Below are positions 1 to 12,763 of a DNA stretch of 64,000 bases, one piece after another. The stretch is taken from positions 1,212,896 through 1,276,895 of the forward strand of contig NC_068983.1 of NCBI RefSeq assembly GCF_001194135.2. Direction: 5' to 3'. The position numbers and the translations under genes were made by a program. This DNA is from Octopus bimaculoides. Taxonomy: Eukaryota. How positions within the stretch are numbered: the stretch's first letter is position 1; every line of letters begins with the position of its first letter. A model generated the notes under the pieces. The model was not told where the DNA came from. It searched no databases and was given only the letters and a program-made list of their open reading frames with translations.

Positions 1-339
1 AGAAGATGGTTAAGAAATACTTGTTCTACTGCCGTCACTTTGACACCTCATTGTTGCTTTCATTTTTCTTTTATATTTCGAATAACAATAGGATGTAGAA
101 TGCTATGAAACTGAGCTGGGCAACGATTACAGCGTGTGAATAAATTATGATAATTCTGTCTTTGTTATTGTATAAGAAATAAATCTTGTTTTTTTTCCTG
201 TCGTTGTTAGACTATCATTTTATACATAGACGCTCAATGCTCAGTACAGCGGTACTCAATATCTCCCGTTATATGCGATCTTTCATACACCTGCAAATTT
301 CATGTAGCTAGTAGTTACATAATACATTCCAGTACTTAC

Positions 340-483
340 ATAAAATGGTACACAACCTTTAGCTCTGTCTTCTTCAATAGCTTTCTTCAAACTGTTTCCT
401 CTCATGGAACGTCTATCATCCAATTCTATATCTCGCACCTTTATTAGAGCTATCTTGCAAGCCTTTACAAAGGACGAGTGTGT
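340..483 (-). CDS. DDC: Copy B exon 5 ([15 protein letters not shown]...AKGCVPFY)
   Basis: Acceptor TTTGCAG, donor TAT|GTAAGT; 144 nt; 29/48 aa identical to copy A. Confidence 0.93.
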
Positions 484-604
484 CTGCAAATTAAAAGGAA
501 GTAATGAAAATAGTATCGATGTATATATGCACATACTAAATGCATGTAACAGAACCTGGAGCACACACACACATTGGCACACATATACATATATATATAT
601 CATC

Positions 605-648
<44 letters not shown>

Positions 649-1842
649 NNNNNNNNNNNNNNNNNNNNNNNNNNNNNNNNNNNNNNNNNNNNNNNNNNNN
701 NNNNNNNNNNNNNNNNNNNNNNNNNNNNNNNNNNNNNNNNNNNNNNNNNNNNNNNNNNNNNNNNNNNNNNNNNNNNNNNNNNNNNNNNNNNNNNNNNNNN
801 NNNNNNNNNNNNNNNNNNNNNNNNNNNNNNNNNNNNNNNNNNNNNNNNNNNNNNNNNNNNNNNNNNNNNNNNNNNNNNNNNNNNNNNNNNNNNNNNNNNN
901 NNNNNNNNNNNNNNNNNNNNNNNNNNNNNNNNNNNNNNNNNNNNNNNNNNNNNNNNNNNNNNNNNNNNNNNNNNNNNNNNNNNNNNNNNNNNNNNNNNNN
1001 NNNNNNNNNNNNNNNNNNNNNNNNNNNNNNNNNNNNNNNNNNNNNNNNNNNNNNNNNNNNNNNNNNNNNNNNNNNNNNNNNNNNNNNNNNNGCTTTGAAA
1101 AACTAATTGATAAATATCATATTCATTTTTTTCTCAAATAAGGCAGCGAAATGGTGATATATTTTGGTCGCATATAACCTCTTCAGCAGAATATTGAACC
1201 TACAATATATTATTACACTAATTTACATTTAAAATAAAGAGACCCAGGGCGTGCCTCAAAAGTTCAAAAAGATTCTTTCGGCAATTAGGTGAGGCAGTAC
1301 ATAGCATAAAATATGTTAACGCTAACTTCTTCAAAATAGCAAGAACAAATCCGTTGCTAGTTTTTTTTTTTTTTTCTCTCATACTGGTTTTCTCTCATAC
1401 TGGTTTGACACCCGGTGTTGCCCAGAGAATTACGTATTGCTGTGGTGAAAAAATTCATGAAAGTGTAAGTTATCGTTGATAAATTTCAACACCGCTATCG
1501 TTGATGCCGGAGAGACGATACTGTGAGGTACGTTTTGATTTTCTTGCATTTAAGTTCAAAATCCTTCGAGGTAAAATTATCTTTCAGATTTTAGGGGCCG
1601 ACAAATGAAATAACAGTTCAGTAATGGGGTCGAGTGTCCTCTGTATCTTTCTCTGTCTGTCTCTTTGTCTCTGACTGTCTGTCTGTCTATCTGTCTGTCT
1701 GTCTGTCTCTTTGTCTCTGACTGTCTGTCTGTCTGTCTCTTTCTCTCTGACTGTCTGTCTGTCTATCTGTCTGTCTGTCTGTCTCTTTCTCTCTGACTGT
1801 CTGTCTGTCTATCTGCCTGTCTGTCTGTCTCTTTGTATCTGA

Positions 1843-1899
<57 letters not shown>

Positions 1900-4800
1900 G
1901 CACTCTCATAGGTAATGAAGCCAATCGACTGCATGCAGTTGCTCAGTGATTCTAACTCATGAAACGTTATCAAGGAAGACAAGACAATTCTAACGTATTA
2001 TACTATGATATGTAATTCTATACATACAGAGGTGAAGGTCTCATTAATTAATTATTATATATACTACTTACATTTTATTTACTATGTTTCAATATACTTA
2101 CCTTTTCTAAGGCGGCGAAGCGGTAGAAACGTTAGCACGCCGGACGAAATGCTTAGCGGCATTTTGTCTGTCTTTACGTTCTCAGTTCAAATTCCGCCAA
2201 GGTCTACTTTGCCTTTCATCCTTTCGAGGTCGATAAATTAAGTACGAATTGTGTACTGGGGTCGCTTTAACCGACTGCCCACCTCCCAAAATATTTCGGG
2301 CCTTGTGCCTAAAGTAGAAAAGAATATACTTACCTCTTCTGATTTATAAGCAATTAATTTTGTAACAGCTATCCAGTCCTCCATTTCGTTATTTTCTGTT
2401 TTCATTTTATTTATGGAAGCGGTTCTGGCAGCGAATAGACTCATTAACATGCACTCAGTAGACGAATTCTAGTAACAAATATTGTACACCACCGGATTAG
2501 TTTAGTTAAATATTAATTTCTTTTAAATATTGTTTCATGGTCTTAATTGATAATACTTTGTAGACAACTAAACAGATAATGATAATGTTATATAAAAAGA
2601 TATTTATACTAATTTCTTACCCGTCATATAACAGCTAACTTTGAATTATACTTTTGTCATCATGACCAATAGCAGGAAACATAGCACGCATGCAATAGTT
2701 ATATTTTACCGTTTATCGGAAGGGATATTAATTTTCAACAGAGAAGTATTTTTTTACATGAAAATGAAGTTACATAAAGCAAATTCCTTATTTTTAAACC
2801 TCCTCTCATAAATATTCTTGTCATTTACTGCTCTTCCTCCCCCTCTTTTTCCTTTGCGATTATTTTTTCTCTCACTGTGTATGTGTGTGTCGTGGTGGTG
2901 GTGGTGGTGGTGGTGAAGGGGCTACATTCTTTTACTCATTTCCTGTCACCAAGCCAAGTGTATGCCAACTTCTATGCTTGCATACTATATGTATTCCGTT
3001 TAGTCTCACTCTCACACTCTCTCTCTCTCTGTGTATGTATATATATATATATATATANNNNNNNNNNNNNNNNNNNNNNNNNNNNNNNNNNNNNNNNNNN
3101 NNNNNNNNNNNNNNNNNNNNNNNNNNNNNNNNNNNNNNNNNNNNNNNNNNNNNNNNNNNNNNNNNNNNNNNNNNNNNNNNNNNNNNNNNNNNNNNNNNNN
3201 NNNNNNNNNNNNNNNNNNNNNNNNNNNNNNNNNNNNNNNNNNNNNNNNNNNNNNNNNNNNNNNNNNNNNNNNNNNNNNNNNNNNNNNNNNNNNNNNNNNN
3301 NNNNNNNNNNNATATATATATATATATATATATACATATATATATCTTACCTGGATTACACCTCCTCCATCTCCTTCAGAAGTAGACAAGAAGATTTTAG
3401 GCAGTTTTATAGCCTTTGCCAACCAGTCTAAAACAATGACTTCTAGTTCAGTGGCTGCAGGAAAGGATTTCTGAAATATACGCAACAGTTAATCTATCTA
3501 TATCATTGTTTGAGAGATATTTCAGAATTTACACTGATATATATTAAAGTTGTCCTTCAATAAAATTTCATAGTCGTATAGAAATATCTTTAGAAAATCT
3601 GTTGTTTATCGAGTTAAATACATTCTGTCATATATTCTTTAATTTAAAGAGAAACTAGATTTGAACATCTAGAAATGACGGCCTCTCATTGTTGGCATCA
3701 TTGTACCTTAAAAATGGTATAAGTGCGACACGTGGAAATTGTACAGAACGAAAAAGATTGCGAAGCTATTTACAAAAGAAAGGATAATTTGCATTTTTAT
3801 TTTCCTAAGTTATTTTACTTCCAGTCATTGTTAAAAATTCAGTCTGGTAAAACATGAACTCTTTGGTAAGATAGCCTGATATTCTTATCTTATAGTATTC
3901 ACTAAAGATATTTCTGCAACACACACTCACAATTTTTGAACGATTGAGAAAATTGTGACATTACTGATTATTAATTTCTAACATAGACAAAAGACTAATT
4001 TTCGGAATGGAACAAGAACTTTATTATTAATTGTTCTTTCATTTAGCAACCTTCGGAGATATGATAAACAACGTTGACTACGGAGAGACTTGAATTCATA
4101 TATTTGAGGCAATAAGATTTCTATAGTGAATATGTGCTGTTGAAATGGGAACTTCATATATTTTGTTACTAAACATGTAATAACTCTGATCACTTTCGGC
4201 CACTATGTCTAACTTAATATCACCCCCAGGTGATGTTTTTCAATCGTATATGGGGCACCATATCCCACTCTAGCAAAGATTTATCATTGTTGGAGACATA
4301 TCCGAGTGTAAGGAGTTGGTCGGGGATATTTTTGAGAAATTTATCCAGAGAACTTTTTAATTGTATGGGAACCGTTTCCGTTTTGGCGTAATTTGGTATG
4401 GTATCAAGGAGATCCGGACCGGTTGAGGTAAAGTAGTTGTGTCGTAATGTTGCTATGCGTCTTGAGTTCGATTTTTGTAGTGGGTGGTTAGCACGGGGGC
4501 CAAATCTTGGGTGGATTTTAAAACTGATGCCAACATCATTTGTGCAATATTGATGGAATATTTTCCACATCGCACAAATGACGTAGCGCTCCCAGCGGCG
4601 TTGGAGAGAGTAAAGATTGAGTTTTATTTTAGACGACCCCAATAGTCAATGCCTGTCACGCCGACTATCTTTCTTGTTATTGGCCTCTGGAGTGCTTCCA
4701 CTTTTATAATGAGTTGCTTCGTGTGAGAAGACCACAGTGGGCAACAATATTCCAGGTGGGGCCGGGCAAAAGTATAGTAGAGAAGAGTGGTGGTGTGAGC

Positions 4801-7034
4801 ATCTTCAGACCGGAAAGTTCTCAGAATTCAGGAGCACATCTTGCGGACCAAGTCAACCTTGCTGTTTACACATTTTAAATAATTCAGTTGTATTTAAATC
4901 AAATTCTAAAAGTAACATCAGATTTGGAAAGTGTATGTTGTTAAAATTTGAACTTTCATGTCATAGCTAATTCGGCAACCATCGGTGGTATCATCAATTG
5001 AGCAAAAATTGAACTCGTAAAATCAGTGTGATTTAATTAAACACACACAAAAGTGATGTAACTGGTTGAAAATGCTGGAGTAAAGTGAAGAGTTGTGCAT
5101 GGAAAGAGTTCTTCAGACAAGTGTGACAATAAAAGAGAATAGGTAGAACAGAAGAAGAGTTAATGTAATTAGTGTGTTATAAAATATTATAATTAGTTTG
5201 GAGTTACGTAGAATGGCTAGTGGGTAGATATATACAAAGTTAGCGGGCGGTCACATGCACTGTTTTGTGGTTAGTTATGTAAAATAGATAGTGAGTTTAA
5301 ACAATATTTAATACATCGTTATATATTTCAGAACTAGTCAAGAACGCATTTGCTCGGTGATAATGTATTATTTCGTTATATTTTAGATTTCATTACTAAA
5401 TGTTGATTTCGTATGAGCTTCCTTACATTATTGTGACAGACATAGGATTTCATTCTAGACTGCTTTCGGAAATGGTGACATCTCTTACTTGCAAATATTT
5501 GGTCCATGATTTACAAATTGCACATAACTAATATTCGAAATTATGTTGCTAAATGTATCTGTCAATGTGGATATCAAAATATTAATAATAATCATAACTG
5601 TAGTCTATTCACTCAAAATCAATAACCAAACAATTTACAAAATACTCCATTGCCTCAATAGGCAGATTACCATGTGGTGCATTTCTTCTCTCAGTATATA
5701 ATTGGCTGTATTTCAGTAAATCACTTCTTCTCTTTGACATGATTTAGCATCTTCCTTAACTGGATCATCTATTTAGTCACTGACCTCCCGGTCATGCGAC
5801 AGGCATTTACTAGTTCAAGCTGCAAACAGAATCTAAGCAGACCAAACATGTTCGTTCTATTTATCATAAATTCACTCATCACAGTCATATCATATCAAGT
5901 ACCTAAGTTTATTCCCCGTTTTGTTAGGAGGGTGTGGCCACAACAAGACACACACCAGGCATTCCATTCATTTCCCAGCTCAAAGGAGCGAGCTCCGTTC
6001 TATACTCGGGTCAAGGCATAGAACGCAACCCCCAATATCAACAGCAGGGCCCGACAGTATATGCTGGTTTACTCTCGCTATATCATGCTGGTTCCGTAGC
6101 TTTTTGAGCAACATCAGATTCGCTCATCCGTCCACAAACACTCTACAAGCTTTCCTATCATTTATAAACTCTCTTGCTTCTCTCACTCCAGCACCTCTAA
6201 CTACTTAAGCGTTCCTCACTCCATCCATCCACGCAAATCGAGCTCTGCCTCTGGTTCTGCTGCCTGCCACTTCAGCCTTCATCACCCTCCTTACCACCCG
6301 CTTCTCACCCATCCTCTCCATGTGGCCAAACCACCTCAACCTTCGTCTATCCAATTTGGTTGTCAGTTTTTCTTTCATTTCTGCTCGTCTTCGCACATCC
6401 TCATCCTGTCCATCCGTGTCACATCAACCATAGCCCTCAAACATCTCATCCCAAACACATCTAGTCGCCTCCTCTGCACATCTCTCAGCTCCCAAGTCTT
6501 TGCACGATATAACATTGTCGGTACAATCACGCCCTCATATACACCTCTTTTCACTTTCATACTCAACCTTTTGTCTCGCAGCATATCTTTGACAACTCCA
6601 AGTATTCTATCCATTCTATCACTCGGTATCCCACCTCCTCAGCCAACATCCCATCCGCCGCCACATGTAATCCTAGATACTTAAAAACATTCACCTACTC
6701 TCACATCTTACCATTTATACTCACATCCATTCTACCAGCCCTCATCACGGTATCTGCACCAAACGTGTGCTTACTCTTTCGTACATTTTCTATTCATATT
6801 TTTATCAGAAAGTCACAGGTTGAAAATTTGGTAAATTTGACTCGAGTTATCCTGATCGATAGGACAGGTAGCATAGAGAATACAAGTAAAGTGACAGAAA
6901 GGAAAAATTTTGAATTCTTGAAATTCTTCATTTCATAAATAATCCTGTAGAATTGTATATGCATACATACTACATACATACAAGCATACATAAATACATT
7001 CATACATACATACATACATACATACATACATACA

Positions 7035-7065
<31 letters not shown>

Positions 7066-9907
7066 CTACCAGTGAAGACCTCAATAAAATGTAAGTACAA
7101 CAGACCTGACATAGTGATTGGGGACAGAGAAGAGTAACTGTGCACAGTTGTGGAAATTAGCTGCCCAGCGGATGTTAACATAAAGCTGAAGATCAGTGAA
7201 AAAGAGAACACCTATGCTGAATTATTGCGAAATCTGTAGTTACTCTATCCAGATTGCAAGTTCAGGTTTATACCTGTAATTATTGGAGCCCTGGGATATG
7301 TAACACACTGCCTAAATGCCAATCTTGAGAAATCGAGCTTCTCAAAACCAGAAGGGTGAAATCTGATTCGAAGACTTCAGACCCAATCCATCACTGGAAC
7401 TGTAAAGATCTGTAAAACATTCCAGTTTATCATTTAAGTGTAGATGAGCATGTCTAGATACTCAAGTCTATGCGTGAGAAGACATACATAAAACAAAACA
7501 GACAAATCTGCACATATACATGCATGCATATATACATACATACGTACAAACATACATACATACAACCATACATACATACATATATACATCCATCTATCCA
7601 TACATACATACATACATCTATCCATACATACATACAAACATACATACATACATACATATATACATACATACATACATATATACATACATACATACATACA
7701 TATATACATCCATCTATCCATACATACATACATACATACATACACACAAAAACACCCTGTTGTTGATGTTGAAATATCAATGAAGGAACCCTGGATCTTG
7801 GTTAGAAACCGATTCTTTCTCTATTAGCAAGAACTCTTGAATTAAACTGAATAATGACATACATACCTACACACACACACACACACACATACGTACGTAC
7901 ATGCATACATACAAACATACATATGTATGTATGTGTTTATGCACACATATTCGCACACAAACACATACACACATATATGCAGTCATACCAATTAATAAAA
8001 TACGACGTTGTGATTTCTACAATGCAAGCAGAGCGAATGCAGAGCGAATGCAGAGCGAATGCAGAGCGAATGCAGTGTATGACTTACCCAAGATATGACG
8101 TCAGTTGCGAGCGCATTTGAGAACATTCCTCCGAGAATAGCTGCATAAGATGTTCGCGAGGGGAAGAAAGAAGCGAATCTTGGATGTTGCCAGTGACATA
8201 TCTGTTGGGTGTAAACGAGCAAACGCGATAAATGAAACTACATAAACGACTTCGGTTCAATGAGTGGGGAATAACTATATGAAATAGGTAAGAAAATTGA
8301 GGTTAGATCGATAAAATGATGATAATAAATGGTAAAAGATGAATGGCGATAAAATGAGATGACATAGAATACAAAGAAATAAATTGATGTTAACGCCATC
8401 ACTTCTGCATGCAAGATATTCGCAGTTTACGTCAAAAGCCAGAACACTAAAAGACTTGTAAAGTAAAAAAAATAATAAACCAAATTCATATGGTACTTGT
8501 CACTATGCGACATCTCATTTCCTACGTTGTATGAGAGTTAAGAAAGTATAAAGGATGCTAACAAAAGTCCCAAGTTATAAAAGCATAGAAGAGTTGAAGT
8601 GGTGGGGGTGAGTATATAGGAGGATTAGTTAGGGAATAATTGAGGGGAACACTATTGTTTGTACCTTAAGAATGTGTTACACAACTTGTGTTTGAAACCA
8701 ATAATTCAGTCACTCCGTTCCGTCCCTCCGGGCACACCTAGAGGATACCACTGGCGCACATAGAACATACGCGCAAACACGCAGTTATACGAATGTGTAA
8801 TTTTACTGTTAAGTAATAAACCATCTCCGACTGCAAGGGGATAGAAACTGTATCCCCCTCCCCACTAAGGGATAGAAACTGTATCCCCCTCCCCACTAAG
8901 GGATAGAAACTGNNNNNNNNNNNNNNNGTATCCCCCTCCCCACTAAGGGATAGAAACTGTATCCCCCTCCCCACTAAGGGATAGAAACTGTATCCCACTT
9001 ATCCCTCTCTTTTCTTCCCCCTCCTCTCTCCTTCTCTCCTGACGAATCCACCTTCCTCTCTCTCTCCTAAATATTTTACCTCTATTTTTTGTTTCTCATT
9101 CTTGACTATTTCACTTCTAAAAATTCTTCTTCTATGATTCTGTATAAACGTTTATACTTGGGTGCGACAAGGAAATTTATTTACCGTTCACGTCGTAAAA
9201 TGGCACAAGCTTAATATTTTTGGGAGAGAGCCAGTCGATTAGATCAACCCTAGTAGGCAACCGCTACTTAATTTATTGACACCGAAAGGATGAAAGGCAA
9301 AGTCGACCTCGGCGGAAGGCACCAGTTTAATATTACCAACAACCGCCTCCTCAATCAATATCAACCTAGAGTCTCCCTTCTTCCCTCTCTCCTTTTCTTT
9401 ATTCCTAACTACTTTAGACAATTGCCAAACTCCTGTTATTGTAACAACTTCCTTTTTTACCATTTTGTTTCTTCATAGATACGTTTTTCTGTTTCATGTT
9501 TTTACTCCGTTCTTCCATCTTCACCACTCATTTAAAATTATCCCTTCGGCGAGTTAATTTAGGATTCCTGAACAACAATGTAACCCTTCATTTAACTAAG
9601 GTATCTTCGGCCTGATGAGTAGCTAGCGGAGCACCTCCTCGTTAACTAATTATTACTTCCGAAAGTCTGTTAGCAAGAAAACATATGTAGCTTGATATGT
9701 ATATATATATATGATTCGTTTCAGTTATTTCACTGCGCTCATGCTGGAGCACCACCTTTAGTCGAACAAATTGCCCCCAAGATCTATTATTTGTAAGCCT
9801 ACTACTTGTTCTCTCGGTCTCTTTTGCCGAACTGCTAAGTTACGGGGGACGTAAGCACACCAACATCAGTTGTCAAGCGATGGTGTGGGACAGATACAGA
9901 CACACAA

Positions 9908-9938
<31 letters not shown>

Positions 9939-9948
9939 TATATATATT

Positions 9949-9989
<41 letters not shown>

Positions 9990-10968
9990 CGCAGGAAAAC
10001 TCGTCAGTATGGGATTCGTTAAAATCAGTTTTGACAGAGATTCAACTAGCAGGAGCAGGACTTTTCCATTTGTAGATTGATCAAGATGTTCGTGTTATAG
10101 ACAGGTTCTTTCTGAAACATAATCTCCGAACGTTTAATTGTTGCCCAAGTTCTTTATTCTTTCTTCCAAATTCAAGAAAAGAAGGTTAATCCGAGTTAGT
10201 GTTGAAAAGAAAATATCTTAACTTTTCATGCCGAGCTAAACGACTACATAAGAGGTCAAAGAATAATCAATGATCACTTGGAAGAGTGACAATATTAACC
10301 AGCAAAACGTGGAATATATTACTACCGTTTGTTTATTAGGGGTCTTCCCGCTTCTAGGTGTGTATAAGATAAGTGGTAGAAACAACTCGATATTACCAGG
10401 TAAAGCAAAGAAAGAGATGTCCACTTAGCGTTACATTAGACCCATCCAAAATGCATGCATCTCGCCTGCGACTGAAATTGTATATGATGGGATTAGGTAT
10501 ATTATTATATAAGAGGCGTGCTGAAAAGTTCCTGGCTTTGCGTAATGGTAAATTCAGAAGGATCAGTTAATTATGATTTTATTCGACATATTCCCCTCCC
10601 AAATTCACATGCTTATTGCAGCAGTCCTTCACATTTTCTAAGCCTTATAAACCAAGTCGGAAAGTTGGGACTCCAGATAAGCCTTTCGCGATATCCTTAA
10701 AGCCAAGAGATTTTGCAGCACTCCGTCGTTTAAACGAAGAAGTTTGTATAAAACTACTACTTACTCCTGACATGATTATTCGTTCGATATCAGCAAAAAC
10801 ATCGTCCCAGGGTTCTGCTTTTTCTGGAGCTCTATCTGTAATCAAAATTCTCAAGAAGCCGGGTGCACATACGGGTAAAACCTTTCTGCTTCGAATATTA
10901 TTAAAATAATCAGTTATATATTTCGCTAATTCTACAGCGGCGGCCTCGAAATTTTCAGCATTTTCCAT
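340..10968 (-). CDS. DDC: Aromatic-L-amino-acid decarboxylase family gene, copy B (exons 1-5; continues beyond the left edge)
   Basis: Exons 10765-10968, 8088-8201, 3351-3470, 2334-2468, 340-483, with the same lengths and phases as copy A exons 1-5 (204/114/120/135/144), GT-AG at every junction, no stops. Symbol indicates family only. Confidence 0.93.
2334..2468 (-). CDS. DDC: Copy B exon 4 ([16 protein letters not shown]...KLIAYKSEE)
   Basis: Acceptor TACTAG, donor GAG|GTAAGT; 135 nt; 23/45 aa identical to copy A. Confidence 0.92.
3351..3470 (-). CDS. DDC: Copy B exon 3 ([40 protein letters not shown])
   Basis: Acceptor TTTCAG, donor CAG|GTAAGA; 120 nt; 37/40 aa identical to copy A. Confidence 0.95.
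4220..4642 (-). mobile_element. CR1/L2-group LINE, 3' end of ORF2 (truncated)
   Basis: [13 protein letters not shown]...[16 protein letters not shown]...[11 protein letters not shown], typical of the C-terminal tail after the RT domain; same family as 12240-12690. Confidence 0.8.
6150..6780 (-). mobile_element. RTE-clade LINE fragment
   Basis: [15 protein letters not shown]...ETW...[12 protein letters not shown] and [11 protein letters not shown]...[12 protein letters not shown]; frameshifted. Confidence 0.8.
7066..7856 (+). mobile_element. R4/Dong-like LINE (restriction-like endonuclease), 5'-truncated 3' end
   Basis: NRPDIV...[13 protein letters not shown]...EKENTY (PD-(D/E)xK endonuclease), then a 3' UTR shared with the 43240-43440 and 54390-54498 copies. 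Confidence 0.75.
8088..8201 (-). CDS. DDC: Copy B exon 2 ([38 protein letters not shown])
   Basis: Acceptor CAACAG, donor TGG|GTAAGT; 114 nt; 24/38 aa identical to copy A. Confidence 0.93.
8836..8998 (+). repeat. 31 bp minisatellite (GGGATAGAAACTGTATCCCCCTCCCCACTAA)n
   Basis: About 5 visible units around a 15-N gap; each unit contains GGGATA-N7-TATCCC. Confidence 0.9.
9715..9935 (-). mobile_element. tRNA-derived SINE (abundant family with a CA-rich middle)
   Basis: Shared GCCGAAC(T/C)GCTAAGTTACGGGGACGTAA...GTTGTCAAGCGATG block also present at 23465-23860 and 34345-34735. Confidence 0.7.
10509..10700 (+). mobile_element. Tc1/mariner-like terminal remnant
   Basis: Begins TAAGAGGCGTGCTGAAAAGTTCCTGGCTTTG, resembling a mariner TIR; no partner end identified. 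Confidence 0.4.
10765..10968 (-). CDS. DDC: Copy B exon 1 (MENAENF...IERIIMSG)
   Basis: ATG at 10968; donor GGA|GTAAGT; 42/68 aa identical to copy A exon 1 (hand count). Confidence 0.93.
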
Positions 10969-11064
10969 GCCGTTTTTTCAGATGAAGGCTTAAAAAAAAT
11001 TAAAATTAGATTTGGTTAATTTACTGCTTTATTTATTTGCATGTCTTTATTTTTCAAATATTTA

Positions 11065-11140
11065 ATTACGTAATAATACACCATTATTTAATTACGTAAA
11101 TTATTTTTATTGCATAAATATCATCATTTGGTTACGTAAC
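11065..11140. promoter_or_regulatory. Cluster of palindromic bZIP-type sites upstream of copy B
   Basis: ATTACGTAAT 11065-11074, ATTACGTAAA 11091-11100, ATTGCATAAA 11109-11118, GTTACGTAAC 11131-11140; 97-172 bp upstream of the ATG. Confidence 0.65.
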
Positions 11141-12104
11141 AATCCGCTGTTGAAGTTTCAGGTTAGATCTGTTAATCTCGATAATTAACTGGTCTTATTT
11201 GGATAAGAAAAAAATTCGCTTGTTTACAGAGAAATGCTGACAACTTTGTTGATTAAATTTTGAAGTAAATAAACATTTTCCCGGTTATCACCAATTCAAC
11301 TTTCGTCTTTTTGGTATTTCACAAATTTTGAAACTTTTCCGAAAATATTAAATACAAAAGTGCATGGTTTTAGAGGTGCAGAATAGATGCATTTTAAGGA
11401 ATCTATGAATACGCATTTCATGCATTACAATTAGTTATATTCTTAATAAAAATGACTGAGAATTTGAGTAGAATCCTTGAACAGATTTACAAAGATATTA
11501 TCGCTCGCATTGTCAGAAATTATTTTCAACGTAATATTTTAGATGTATTCCATTACAAAAGGATGTTTGAAATGTTCTGTCTGGTGCGAAGTATGCAATG
11601 GTAATATTTTTTATCTCTCGAATTATTAATTTTACGAGTCTGTGACTGGATATATATATATATAAAGTACCTATACTTATTTCGATACTATCAATTATGA
11701 TCCTTAATTTATAAATATGAATATATGGAATAAACATGATCGGTATGTTATATTTTACATACACTTTAACACATCTTTCAGACGTGCGCAAACATTACTA
11801 TGTATCTAATAAGGTTAACTCTTAATCCGGATTGTCTATTCTTCTAGCAACATTATCACGTTTCTGCCAGGAAGGCAGCAACGTAACGACAATTTGTTGA
11901 AACATGAGTAATATTATCTTCAATAGAAATAATGTTATAGTCAGTGTTTTTTAAGTTAAGTGACTTCACTGATGCTGTTGATATTTGTTAGAGAATTTTT
12001 AGCTATGACGTGATCAAGCATTGCAAAAGCAAAATATTTGCTGTTCTCTCGACAAAATATCTGCCACCATAATACAGTTTTTGCTCTCAGCTGAGCTTAG
12101 TGTT

Positions 12105-12163
<59 letters not shown>

Positions 12164-12239
12164 AATAAATTGGTTTTATTATACACGCACAAATATTATA
12201 TACGCACATATGTATGTGTGTATGTATAAATGTATATAC

Positions 12240-12690
12240 GAACTCTACTCTCTCCAGCGCCGCCGCGAGCGGTATGTAATTTGCACGATGTTGAGAATAT
12301 ACCACCAGCTTTGCCCAAAGGACCTGAACATTAGCTTCAAGGTACACCCAAGGCTGGGACGACGGGCCATATGTCCTCTGCCCAATTCAGGATCACAATA
12401 CATAAATACACTGCAACACAATTTCTTTTCCTCAACAGGCCCTGCCCTGTTTAATATTGTCCCAAAACAGATCAAAGAGGAAAAGTATCCCATCACCTTT
12501 AAACGGAATCTGGACAAATTTCTTCAAGGAATACCAGATAAGCCACCTCTAACTGGAAATAGCTCACTCAACAAGCACTCCCTACTCGAGTGGGTCATGC
12601 TACCACAAAACTTGACTTTAAAAAATAATTTACATAATCCTATCAGGTGGTGCTATCAAGTTGGACATGACCTGGACCAATCTTTGGTCG
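12240..12690 (+). mobile_element. CR1/L2-group LINE 3' fragment
   Basis: ELYSLQRRRERYVICTMLRIY...HNFFSSTGPALFNIVP...LDKFLQGIPDKP. Confidence 0.8.
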
Positions 12691-12713
12691 AAACATATCT
12701 AAGTTTATCTCAG

Positions 12714-12763
<50 letters not shown>

